Both the position numbers and the translations under genes were made by a program. The notes below the pieces were generated by a model. It had not been told where the DNA came from and searched no databases. It worked only from the letters and a program-made list of their open reading frames with translations. DNA of 62,222 nucleotides from a bacterium (GTDB taxonomy: Bacteria > Bacillota > Clostridia > Christensenellales > CAG-314). The stretch lies in NCBI GenBank assembly GCA_963619835.1, contig CAVEYD010000001.1, forward strand, positions 1 to 62,222. Direction: 5' to 3'. Below are positions 10,927 through 20,292 of the stretch, in pieces (position 1 is the stretch's first letter; each line of letters opens with the position of its first letter).

Positions 10927-11149
10927 TGTATTTTACCTCCTTGTAAGATTTTTTAGTGAAATGCTTTGTTTTGTTAAAAGAATTTTTGTTTTTTTAAGCA
11001 AACTGCTTTTGTTTGTTTTGGCAAACTACTTTTTTAGCGTGACACTTTAGTGATTTTGAAACTGCTTTGTTTTTTATTTTTAGCTTTTCAACTTTTTGTA
11101 GCAGTTTTAAGTTTTTACGTTAGATTGCATTTAACAAACAACAATGTAA

Positions 11150-14100
11150 CTAAATTGAAACGGTTACAGAGTAGTGACGTTCGTCAAACAAAGTGCCGTC
11201 TTCGTTGATTACGCGAGCAACAAGCTCAACCACTTCGGAGCCACCGGTTCCGCTGTAGTAATTAGAATCTGATGCAACGTAACGAACGTTGATAAACTTG
11301 GAAACCCCGTCCAAAACAAGATTTTGACCGCCTGTTGATTCGTTTACTTCGTCAAACGTGGTTATGATTTTCGGTTTGTCGAATGAAACGTTGCCGAGTC
11401 CGCCCATCGATTTGTAGTAATAAACCCCGGTCGTTGAATTTACTGTAAGTTCAAATAAGCCGTTTGCATAGTACTGAGAGTTCTCCGGAGCATCTAGTCC
11501 GGCTATGTTGACGTACATGATTTTACCTACAGAGTAAGTTCCGCTGACGGAATCCCAAATTGCTTCTTGCACTGCATCGTTGCTTGTTACTGTAACAAAC
11601 TCTTTACGAGCATTCGGCAGGTTGTCATGTTCGAAATAGAACATGCCATCGTCACCTACCAACAAACGATACACATAAGTTTTGGTGTAAGTGTGTCCGT
11701 TGACGGTTTTACTTGTGCCATTGTAGCAATAGTAAGTGCCGTAGTAGTTGCCAAACAAAACGTCTTTTAGGTGAGTGTTTGCTTCAGCCAAAATTGCTTC
11801 CATGTTGAAGTTGCTACTTGCAACAGCAACCGAATATTCGTTTAGCGTGTAGGCTGTGCCTGTAAATTTACGTCTAAAACATTGGTTTTCAACGTAGTAG
11901 TAAGCAAGGGCATTGCCTTCAACGTAATAGGAACCTCTTTGAGTTGAACCTGTGTACATGTAAAGGCTGTAGTTTGAGTCGCTTGCAAGAGTTTCGGCAG
12001 TGCTTAGTGCCGTCTTTATATCATCTGCGGAAGAAAGCACAGTTACGTAATCGTGGTAGTTAGCGGACGAAAAGTCCGAACTTGTTGTTGTGTCTTCTCC
12101 GTCAAAATCAATTTGGCTTGTACTTAAACCATCAAGGTAACTTACTGCCTGTGAATAAACGCTTTCCCATGTTGTGCCGGTGTAAGAACGCGAACCGACT
12201 GTTGCCGTAAATGTGTCGTCAGAATAGAAGTTGCCGTTAGAGTCCATGTTGCTGTAAGTTGGGTAAGACGAACCATTGTAACTAAAAGAAAACGACTCCG
12301 TAATTCTTGTTAAGCTTGTTGATCCCCACCCTCTTGATGTTGAATAGTAGTACGTTTCGTAAGTGCGAGATTGACTTATTTTTATATCTATGTAGTTTGC
12401 AGTGCTGCCTGCTTCGGCCTTTACAAAACGTTTAACTCCGGCACCGTCAATGTAGTACAACACACTTTGAGACTGACTTACAAAATATCTGCAAGTAGAA
12501 GTAGCTGTCATCTTTGTGGTAATTTGGTAAAAAGAATAGATCCTTACTGTATTGTCGCCAATAGTAATATTTCTCCTTCTACTATTACTATAAACTTGTT
12601 TGGATGTTCCGCCTACCTTTGAAGCATTTGTTTCAATATTGTTAGTTGTCATGCTGTAGGACGAGTAATCCGGGGAAGTAATCTCTTGCGATTTTGATTG
12701 AAGTTCGGTTGAGCGATATTCTGCAGTTTGTACGTCGGTCCAATCGATATCGCTTTCGGCCAGGCTTGTGGACGAATTTCCCGCAACGGTGTACGCCTGT
12801 TGAAGGACGTATTGACCACCCGAGTACACCACTTTGTAAACCGTGTTTGCTTTGTAGGTTGTGCCGTTGTAAGAAACGTCTTGCTTAAAAATGTAGTAGT
12901 TGCTTAACAACTTGTTCATTTCGTCGGCAGATGTAATTGACGTGTAGCTATCCGAACCGGCATCGTTTACAATGTAACCGGGGTTGCCACTGTTGACGTA
13001 CCATTGAATATCCTTGGCACCGCTACCGGCATCAACCGAAGTTGTTACAAGCAAGTACTTGCTGTTGACTTCCGTAAGTTCCTTAAGGAAACGAAGTTCG
13101 TCCGAAGTGGATGAGCGAGATGCTGTGTAAGGCGAACGATTGCCGTCATCAGTATAGTAGATTTGTGCGGATGGACTGTTGACCTTGATGTTGTCCAAAA
13201 CATAAGTTAGGTACACACCTTTGACGTTTACATCGGTTACGTCTAAGTAAGAGATTTTTTTGATGTCTACATTAAGAATGTCACCTATTGTAGTTACACC
13301 GGGATTGTAAGAAAAGTCCAATTTGGTAACTTCCGCCAAACGCGAAATGTTGGCAAGATCGAATTTGATGTTGCCTGTTGAGCAAGCTTGCATTACAAAT
13401 TCGTTAAGTTTGTTTCCGCTTGTGCTGTCCGCATCCATTTTGGTAACACGGTTGAAAAAGTTGCCAAGTGAACTTGTGGTTAAAAATGCAGGGTGCTTTA
13501 CTAAACCGTCTTCGCACAATCCGTAAACTCGAATTGCCTTTAGCCCTGTAAAGTAGGTGATACCTGCAGAAGAAAAGTCGAGTGCGGAAATTTCCGGAAC
13601 GTTGTAGTTTGTAAGTGCCGACGAGTAGTTGCCTTCCGACGAACGAAGTTTATTGTAAACTGCGTTAATCAAAATTCCTGCGCCATCGTCGTTTAAGTAA
13701 GTGGGAACAACGCAACTACTTAGAAATGTTTTGGCAAAAGTTTTACCTGCCGAGACGGAAACAGTTCCGTACCAAACAGCGATAATACACTGTGCTTCGT
13801 AATCAGAAATATACTCAGTGTCGTCTTCTTGATAGACTTCTTGTCGGTAATACTTGGAATTTGTGTAATTGGTTGAGGTGGGCGTTGCCCAATTGTCGGG
13901 ATTTGATGACCAGTCAAGCTTGGTGCTTGAATTGTCACTCGAACCATCCATAGCAATGTTGTAAGAACCTATTGCTCCCAAGTCCGGCGGTGATTTGGGA
14001 TACTGGCCTCCGGCATCTTTGAAGTCCTTTTCGTTTGTTGCCCACTGGAAAACTTCGGTGTACTTAAAGTAATTTTCACCAATAGAGTTTGCGGCAGTTA

Positions 14101-16927
14101 CGGCAGCAGTCAAAACTGCTTGATAGTCCGAAATAACGTGCAAGCCGTTGCCATAACTGTCGGTTGGCGTTTCGGTTGCGCTACTCCACAACGCGTTGAG
14201 CTGATCGGCATCGTCAAAGCCTACAACTTCCTTCAGAAATGCCTTGATTACTGCAGCTTCGGTTTCGTTCATGTATTCTTTACCGTCTGCCTTTGCACTA
14301 CTTGTTGATGTGTAAGTTGTACCAAACGAGAAAGGTAAATTGTCTGTGGCCGAGCCCGTTGCCCATGTTAGAAGCATGGCAAGATTGTAAGCGACTTGGT
14401 GCGAATTGCTTGAAGACGAACTTCCGCCTACACTAAACGTTAGAGACTCTACAAGAGCGGCATCACGAACAAGAATGTAGTCTTTTGTTGTGTTGGTAAC
14501 CGTGCTTGTACCTGTGTAGCCTGTTGTTGAATCTGAGCCGTCTACAGTTACGGACGGAAGCAAGCTTACGCGCGAAGCCGTTTCGCTATCGGCAACGTCA
14601 ACTACTTGTTGAGCCGTTTGATACTTGACAGTGTTAAACACACTGTAGTTGGCAAATCCGTTTTCGTCACACTTGATTACGCCCGGAGCATTTACGTACA
14701 GAATACGATAAGCACCTTCGGTTGCATCGCCTTCTGCCAAAGCATGCACTCTAATGGGCAAGCTTGTCTCGTTGTAACCAAACAGTGACGGATCGACATA
14801 AATATGAGTTTTAGATTCGCCGTCGACTGTTTCTACTTGTGCATCGGTGATGGCATTTGTAGCCGATTCACTTGCTTTGTAAGGCTCGTAACTAAGTGCA
14901 ATTGTTTGATAAACGTTGTCTAAGTAGAAATCGCCCGATTCGTACTTGCGACCATAGGTTGCGCGAGTATCAATTAAGTTTTGTAAAATGTCTACTTCGG
15001 ACAACTCCTTTTCAACATAGGTAAAAGCAAGTTCGTACAACTCTTGGTTGTTACCCGGTTTTATGATAACGTTGATTGTTTCTTCAACCGGTTCGGTGTC
15101 GCCCTTAAACAAACCGGAAACGGTAATTTGTGCAAACGTGTAGAACGTTGCTTGATTGAGGAACACACACATTCCGTCTTGATCGCCTGTGTCGTCTACC
15201 GAGATAAAGTTGTAACCACTGTTTACACGATAAGTAAGACTTGTTAAGCCGATATCTTTGTAAGCATCCCATGTGCGTTTTGGCGTAGCATCATCGTTGG
15301 AAATCATTGTGTAATCTGTACGGTAGTCTTGCGTGCCATCGATTGAAGGCAACTTGAAACGCGCCGTAAGATTTGTGGCATCGCTGTTTTTATCAACAAC
15401 CGTAAGGGTGATTGGCGATAATTGTGCAACAAGATACTTGAATTTGATTTCTTTAGATTGACTTGTAACTTTGAATGTAAAGCTTGTTGTGTAAACCTGT
15501 CCGTTTATGGTAATTTTTGCGTAAAGTGTAACTTCAGTGTTTTGCTTTAACGTGTCGGCAAGTTTACCATCTGCAGAAATACTGTTTTCGTCCGAGCTTG
15601 TCCACTCGATGGAAACGTTTTTATCTTCGATTCGCTTAGGTAAAAATACATTGTAAGTGATGGCTTCGGCATTTGAATTGTTGGGAATGTGCTTAAGCTC
15701 GTTTGTAAGCAAACTTGCAAAAATCTCATCGTTGCCATTGCCGATAATTTGAATTTCTTGTACAAAAGAATTGTCGCCTGAGCCGATTTTAACTTGTGCA
15801 ACACTTGTTTTTGAAACAGTGTTTGCAGTAACCATAGCACCGCTTACACTGCACTCGCCTTCAACCGAACTTGTGCCGATTGACGAAGCATAAAAACTAA
15901 GTGCGCCAAAAATATTGAGAGACGATCCGCTTTGTATTCCGCCGATAACATTTTGTGCAATGCGAGTTTTGAGAAGGCCAACTACACTTGCAGAATCGTA
16001 GGAATTTAACGTCACTTTTTCTGCATAAAGACTGCCAACGTTAACAGATTTGTTGCTGTTGTAAAAATCCTCAATATTTAAGTAGGTAGATTCTCCGTTT
16101 AGGACGATGCCGGCAGTACCATCAATTGACGTGTAATTGCAAACACTTGAGGTTGTGATGCCGTACTCACCTTCGCCGCTGAGTGTCAAGTTTGCGTTTA
16201 ACGTAAGCTTGTTTCCGTTTAAGTCGATATTTGCAGGATAAGCAACTTCTTTAGCGGTAGACAAGACAACATCATTTGCCAAAACGATTGTCGTTTTTGC
16301 CGTGCTACTGTTGAGCAAGCCTGTGTTGATATCGTTTATTGCGCTGATTAGTTCGTCTTCGGTTGAAACAAAAATATATTTTACGTAATCGGCATTTTGT
16401 ACGTAAGTGGTAACTTCTACATTAAACGGTGTGTTTGTAAGCGTGCTTGCAATGTGAAGTTCCAAGGACAACGTGTGTGTTGCCGTTGTGCCGCCGTCCT
16501 TTGCCATGGCTTTGTAATCGCCAAAGCTACTGCTTCCGTTTTGCACTTCGGCAAGAGTGCCGATAAATTCTCCGTCAAGATATGCCAGAACAGACGAGGA
16601 CAAATTTTGAAGTTGTTCTTCGGTAAGAGTTGTTGTTGACGACTTTACGACAAGTCCAAAATTGTAAACTATGTTTGCCTTGGTTTTGTTGGTGACAGTA
16701 AGAGTGATGTCTTTCTTTTCGCCTGCAGTAGCAAACGAAACATCGGTTGAGCTGACGTCAAGCGACAAAACACCGCTATCGGTCAACTTGTCTGTGTTTC
16801 CGTCGATGGAAGCATCCGTACGGAATGAGAACAAGACAACGGCAAAAGCCACGCTTGCTGTAAGCGTGATGCACAAAACAATTATTATCGCAATTTTAAG
16901 CGACTTGTTAAGTAGCAAATTCTTCAT
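11150..16927 (-). CDS. Giant secreted protein (1925 aa) with a TasA-like N-terminal module and an internal LRR region
   Basis: N-terminus has a TM segment then AFAVVLFSFRTDAS, followed by a ~170-aa module (GEKKDITLTVTNKTKANIVYNF...). The LRR-like stretch reads LDFSSAGITYFTGLKAIRVYGL...VTKLDFSYNPGVTTIGDILNVDIKKISYLDVTDVNV. AAGGAGA RBS. First gene downstream of the riboswitch at 16958-17060. Confidence 0.85.
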   Translation of the reverse strand: MKNLLLNKSLKIAIIIVLCITLTASVAFAVVLFSFRTDASIDGNTDKLTDSGVLSLDVSSTDVSFATAGEKKDITLTVTNKTKANIVYNFGLVVKSSTTTLTEEQLQNLSSSVLAYLDGEFIGTLAEVQNGSSSFGDYKAMAKDGGTTATHTLSLELHIASTLTNTPFNVEVTTYVQNADYVKYIFVSTEDELISAINDINTGLLNSSTAKTTIVLANDVVLSTAKEVAYPANIDLNGNKLTLNANLTLSGEGEYGITTSSVCNYTSIDGTAGIVLNGESTYLNIEDFYNSNKSVNVGSLYAEKVTLNSYDSASVVGLLKTRIAQNVIGGIQSGSSLNIFGALSFYASSIGTSSVEGECSVSGAMVTANTVSKTSVAQVKIGSGDNSFVQEIQIIGNGNDEIFASLLTNELKHIPNNSNAEAITYNVFLPKRIEDKNVSIEWTSSDENSISADGKLADTLKQNTEVTLYAKITINGQVYTTSFTFKVTSQSKEIKFKYLVAQLSPITLTVVDKNSDATNLTARFKLPSIDGTQDYRTDYTMISNDDATPKRTWDAYKDIGLTSLTYRVNSGYNFISVDDTGDQDGMCVFLNQATFYTFAQITVSGLFKGDTEPVEETINVIIKPGNNQELYELAFTYVEKELSEVDILQNLIDTRATYGRKYESGDFYLDNVYQTIALSYEPYKASESATNAITDAQVETVDGESKTHIYVDPSLFGYNETSLPIRVHALAEGDATEGAYRILYVNAPGVIKCDENGFANYSVFNTVKYQTAQQVVDVADSETASRVSLLPSVTVDGSDSTTGYTGTSTVTNTTKDYILVRDAALVESLTFSVGGSSSSSNSHQVAYNLAMLLTWATGSATDNLPFSFGTTYTSTSSAKADGKEYMNETEAAVIKAFLKEVVGFDDADQLNALWSSATETPTDSYGNGLHVISDYQAVLTAAVTAANSIGENYFKYTEVFQWATNEKDFKDAGGQYPKSPPDLGAIGSYNIAMDGSSDNSSTKLDWSSNPDNWATPTSTNYTNSKYYRQEVYQEDDTEYISDYEAQCIIAVWYGTVSVSAGKTFAKTFLSSCVVPTYLNDDGAGILINAVYNKLRSSEGNYSSALTNYNVPEISALDFSSAGITYFTGLKAIRVYGLCEDGLVKHPAFLTTSSLGNFFNRVTKMDADSTSGNKLNEFVMQACSTGNIKFDLANISRLAEVTKLDFSYNPGVTTIGDILNVDIKKISYLDVTDVNVKGVYLTYVLDNIKVNSPSAQIYYTDDGNRSPYTASRSSTSDELRFLKELTEVNSKYLLVTTSVDAGSGAKDIQWYVNSGNPGYIVNDAGSDSYTSITSADEMNKLLSNYYIFKQDVSYNGTTYKANTVYKVVYSGGQYVLQQAYTVAGNSSTSLAESDIDWTDVQTAEYRSTELQSKSQEITSPDYSSYSMTTNNIETNASKVGGTSKQVYSNSRRRNITIGDNTVRIYSFYQITTKMTATSTCRYFVSQSQSVLYYIDGAGVKRFVKAEAGSTANYIDIKISQSRTYETYYYSTSRGWGSTSLTRITESFSFSYNGSSYPTYSNMDSNGNFYSDDTFTATVGSRSYTGTTWESVYSQAVSYLDGLSTSQIDFDGEDTTTSSDFSSANYHDYVTVLSSADDIKTALSTAETLASDSNYSLYMYTGSTQRGSYYVEGNALAYYYVENQCFRRKFTGTAYTLNEYSVAVASSNFNMEAILAEANTHLKDVLFGNYYGTYYCYNGTSKTVNGHTYTKTYVYRLLVGDDGMFYFEHDNLPNARKEFVTVTSNDAVQEAIWDSVSGTYSVGKIMYVNIAGLDAPENSQYYANGLFELTVNSTTGVYYYKSMGGLGNVSFDKPKIITTFDEVNESTGGQNLVLDGVSKFINVRYVASDSNYYSGTGGSEVVELVARVINEDGTLFDERHYSVTVSI

Positions 16928-16957
16928 TGCCGTCTCCTTGAAAAAATCTTGTTAGAA

Positions 16958-17060
16958 TAAAAAATGCCAGACTCCCTTTGAATTGAGGTAATCCGGCAAC
17001 TGGCTGACTCGTAGGAGAGTCCCTATAGCTTTGCGTAATAGCCTTGCGACTATTTTGCTA
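16958..17060 (-). promoter_or_regulatory. c-di-GMP-I (GEMM-I)-like riboswitch candidate R1 in the 5' leader of the giant-adhesin operon
   Basis: Minus-strand read: UAGCAAAAUAGUC-GCAA-GGCUAUU-ACGCAAAGCUAUAGGGACUC-UCCUAC-GAGUCAGCCAGUUGCCGG. It has a 7-bp hairpin capped by a GNRA loop, plus the ACGCAAAGC and CAGCC.GUUGCC blocks that are hallmarks of GEMM-I. GGGAGUCUGGC plus U6 (16959-16976) follows and can pair with the aptamer GCCAG / GACUC segments. The fold of this expression platform is unresolved. Confidence 0.7.
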
Positions 17061-17104
17061 TTATCAAATTAACTTTGACACTATATTTATTTAATTCTTA
17101 ATAT

Positions 17105-17133
17105 ATTATGCAATAATATATTTTTTTTGTCAA
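17105..17133 (-). promoter_or_regulatory. Sigma-A-type promoter for R1 and the adhesin operon
   Basis: Minus strand: TTGACA (17128-17133), 17-nt spacer, CATAAT (17105-17110). It lies about 40 nt upstream of the aptamer. Confidence 0.6.
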
Positions 17134-17224
17134 TGTTTTGACATAAAAATTATTTAAAAAAACACCGCTTTTTATGTTTTTAGCACTTTTGTGATGCAAA
17201 ACTCGTTTGTGGCAACTTGTTTAC

Positions 17225-17258
17225 AAAACCGCCGTTTTAACAACAAAGCAGCGGTTTT
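17225..17258 (-). terminator. Terminator-like hairpin after the EAL gene
   Basis: Arms aaaaccgc (17225-17232) / gcggtttt (17251-17258). The minus-strand read ends GGUUUUGU. It is located 23 nt after the stop at 17281. Confidence 0.5.
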
Positions 17259-17280
17259 GTTTTTAAGTGGTAATTTAAGT

Positions 17281-19569
17281 TTATCTTGTGCTGAAGTTTT
17301 CTTCGACGAATTTGCGGTAGTCCGAATATTTCATCGGGCGAGAGAAGTAGTACCCTTGAATTACGTCGCACCCCATATCGATAAGCATGTCGTAATCGGA
17401 CTTTGTTTCTACACCTTCTTGTGTGACCTTTATGCCGATTTTCTTTACGATATCGATTGTTGAACTTAACAACATTTGGTCACGTTCCTTGGATGTTCCC
17501 TTGCTTAAGAAGAACTTGTCTAACTTTATTTCGTCCATATCGAGTGTTTTCAAAACGTTGTAGGACGAGTAACCTGTACCAAAGTCGTCAAGCGAACACA
17601 AAAATCCACTACTGTGCAACTCGGAAATAATTTGTGATAGATACTCGTAATTTTCGTAAGCAAAACTTTCGGTGAATTCGAGAGTTAAAAATTGATCGGG
17701 CACGTTGAACTTTGCTTTAATACGTTTGTAGTACTCGACGAAATCCGGTCTTGTTGCCGTTACGCGCGACACGTTGACAGATGCAGGGAAAACTTGTTTG
17801 CCTTCCGCAACACGTTGAGCAATATTTTCGCAAGCACGGAAGAACACGAAACGGTCTAATTTGTCAACGAATCCGTTTTCTTCAAATACCGGCAAGAATT
17901 CACCCGGTTGACGATAAGCATTGATCTTTGGATCGAACCAACGAACAAGAATTTCGCTGCCGTCCATAGTGTTTTTTCTTAAATTGAACTTGGGTTGATA
18001 GAACAAGTGGAATTCGCTGTTTTCCAAAGCCAGCTCCATACGTCCTTCGATTTCAGCGCGCTTAAAGTAGCCTTCCGAATGGATGTCTGTGTAGTAAGTG
18101 ATGCTGTAAAGTCCGTTTTGTTGAGCTGCCGTACGTTGAACAATTTTTAATTTGTCCAACATTTTTTGTGGCAATTCTTCGTGATCTTTTATTTCGTAAA
18201 CATAAAAGTCTAACGACGTTTTGTAATCTTCGTCTGTGAATTCGTATTTATCAATTAGGCGATAAATAGCATTTAGTCTTGAAGTCAACTCCTTTCGAGT
18301 TGAGAAGTTGAGCAACAAATAAAACTCACCGTCTGTGTGATAAGCATAAGTTTCACCGACAGTCATACTGTTTTGCAAAACGTTACGTTCGTGTACCAAA
18401 AAATCTTTTGTCGCTTCGTCTCCAAGATGTTCTATCATGTAACTGTAGTTTGTTATGCGCATGGTTACAAGAACAAAGTTGGACATTTTAAACTTTTTAA
18501 GATATTCCGGAACGGCAATAAAAAATCTACTTTCGGTAGCACAATTGAGCGTTTTGTTGACCATTTCAATGTTGTACATAAGCTTGTTTGTTTTGCGTCT
18601 GTTTAGAAGCACAAACAAACAGAACATCATTGCAATTACGGCTAAGCCGAACATAACACCCATGATTTGTCCGACCATTTCGTAACCGCTACCATAAACA
18701 TTTTTTAGTTTGTAAATGTTAAACAAGAACAAACCACCGTTTTGAGCACCGAGAGATTTAATTACAACGGCGCAATCATTTGTTCCGACAGTTGTAATTG
18801 CCGAGCCGTCAACACCCGTCAATATGCAATTTTTTAATGTTGCATAGCCTTGTTCGTCTGTAACAAGTGCAAACAAAATACCTTCGAGAACGTTGCCTGT
18901 TATTTGGTAGTTTTCGTTTTTAGTGTAGGTGTCGTCGTTGCATTTTTTTGCGTCTTGAAGAGGCGTGCCGTCATTTTTGCACAAAAGCGAAATATCTAAT
19001 ACTTCTTTGGACATACACTCGGCATCACCGATTTCTTCCCAAAGAATATCGTACCAAAAGACAATAATAACCCCATCAACAGCACCGTTGGATTTTGTAG
19101 GGCTGTAAACACCTATAGACATTAGACTTTCTTCGTATTGAAAAGCTTTTGTCAAACAAGTGTTTTCGTTTTGAGCTACTTCGGTCATAGCCGAATAAGT
19201 ACTTTCATTCCCTTCCGTGGAAAAGACTTTTCCGTCTTTTGTGTAAAAGATATCTTTAAATTTATCGGATTCGGCACTACTTAAGTCAGTTTTGGCACGA
19301 CTAAGTACCGAAATAGCATCGCCAAGCGAACTTAAAGATCGTACTTCTGAAGAAAGTGCATTGGAATAGGCTGTAATTTTGTTTATTTGCTTTTCAAGAA
19401 TAAGTTCCTGTTCGTTTGCGTAGTACTCGGCATGTTCGAGAGCTTGATTGTTTATGCCCTCTTTGTAAGTACTTGCCATGGTAATTATCTGCAAGAAAAA
19501 TGAAAGGCAAATTATCAAAACAATTACAAATATGATGATACTACCATTTTTTTTGAAAAATTTAATCAT
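17281..19569 (-). CDS. Membrane sensor protein with a degenerate GGDEF and an apparently active EAL domain (c-di-GMP phosphodiesterase)
   Basis: 762 aa. Two TM segments flank a ~270-aa extracytoplasmic region. The GGDEF site is degenerate (HTDGEF). EAL catalytic set appears retained, read by eye: FYQPKF..GSEILVRW, SVNVS, LEFTES, LDDFGTGYSS, IKLDKFF, VTQEGVET, IQGYYFSRP. GGAAGG RBS 9 nt after the sipW stop. Confidence 0.85.
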   Translation of the reverse strand: MIKFFKKNGSIIIFVIVLIICLSFFLQIITMASTYKEGINNQALEHAEYYANEQELILEKQINKITAYSNALSSEVRSLSSLGDAISVLSRAKTDLSSAESDKFKDIFYTKDGKVFSTEGNESTYSAMTEVAQNENTCLTKAFQYEESLMSIGVYSPTKSNGAVDGVIIVFWYDILWEEIGDAECMSKEVLDISLLCKNDGTPLQDAKKCNDDTYTKNENYQITGNVLEGILFALVTDEQGYATLKNCILTGVDGSAITTVGTNDCAVVIKSLGAQNGGLFLFNIYKLKNVYGSGYEMVGQIMGVMFGLAVIAMMFCLFVLLNRRKTNKLMYNIEMVNKTLNCATESRFFIAVPEYLKKFKMSNFVLVTMRITNYSYMIEHLGDEATKDFLVHERNVLQNSMTVGETYAYHTDGEFYLLLNFSTRKELTSRLNAIYRLIDKYEFTDEDYKTSLDFYVYEIKDHEELPQKMLDKLKIVQRTAAQQNGLYSITYYTDIHSEGYFKRAEIEGRMELALENSEFHLFYQPKFNLRKNTMDGSEILVRWFDPKINAYRQPGEFLPVFEENGFVDKLDRFVFFRACENIAQRVAEGKQVFPASVNVSRVTATRPDFVEYYKRIKAKFNVPDQFLTLEFTESFAYENYEYLSQIISELHSSGFLCSLDDFGTGYSSYNVLKTLDMDEIKLDKFFLSKGTSKERDQMLLSSTIDIVKKIGIKVTQEGVETKSDYDMLIDMGCDVIQGYYFSRPMKYSDYRKFVEENFSTR

Positions 19570-19578
19570 ATAACCTTC

Positions 19579-20286
19579 CTATTTGTTGTCGTTAGGTAAG
19601 TTGCTTTCGGCACCGGTTTGTTCGGTCGGTGTCTCGTTGTTGTTAAGTCCTTCGCGTTTAAGACGTTCAACTTCTTGTTGAACAAGCATGTCCATTTGTT
19701 TTTGCTTTTCGTCTTTCTGCTGTTCGTTGACATCGTCCTTTAACGAACGAACGACGTCCGGGATGTAAATAAGAGCCATTGATGCGACAAAGAACACACT
19801 TAACCCGGCAATCCCTGCCCAAGAAGAGAAAAGACGGCCGAGAAAAGTAAGCACAGGCAAGTTGCACTTGTACACTGCTACTACGTCGCCTGTTGCGACT
19901 CCGCCTTCGCTGTTCCACGAATCTTCGTAAGTGTTGTTGTCACCCTTTGTTTTGTAGTAACCGTCAACCGAAACATCGTTTATTACACGGTGAGTAATTA
20001 GTTGATTGTACACAGCCATGGACTCATCTTTACAAATAAACGTTATTACCGTGCCTTTAGATATATTTTGCCCATCGGTTTCCTTGACCAAAATAAAGCT
20101 TTTGGTGTTTATTGTCGGTTCCATGCTTCCGGTTTCTACCCACAAAAGCGAATAGCCGAAAACAAATGACGGACGTCCGTTTTTTTTGTTGGAAATAAGT
20201 TTTACAAATACGGCTACAAGCACGATTGCAACAATTATCCACATAATAACAGACACTATTTTGTGTTTAGGTTTTGTTTGACTCAT
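19579..20286 (-). CDS. sipW: ER/archaeal-type signal peptidase I (SipW-like), paralogue 1
   Basis: 235 aa. N-terminal TM segment, ETGSMEPT (Ser box), ITHRVI (His box), TKGDNN box, an extra C-terminal TM segment and a charged tail. The start lies 6 nt after the stop of the 1171-aa gene. Confidence 0.85.
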   Translation of the reverse strand: MSQTKPKHKIVSVIMWIIVAIVLVAVFVKLISNKKNGRPSFVFGYSLLWVETGSMEPTINTKSFILVKETDGQNISKGTVITFICKDESMAVYNQLITHRVINDVSVDGYYKTKGDNNTYEDSWNSEGGVATGDVVAVYKCNLPVLTFLGRLFSSWAGIAGLSVFFVASMALIYIPDVVRSLKDDVNEQQKDEKQKQMDMLVQQEVERLKREGLNNNETPTEQTGAESNLPNDNK

Positions 20287-20292
20287 CTTTTT

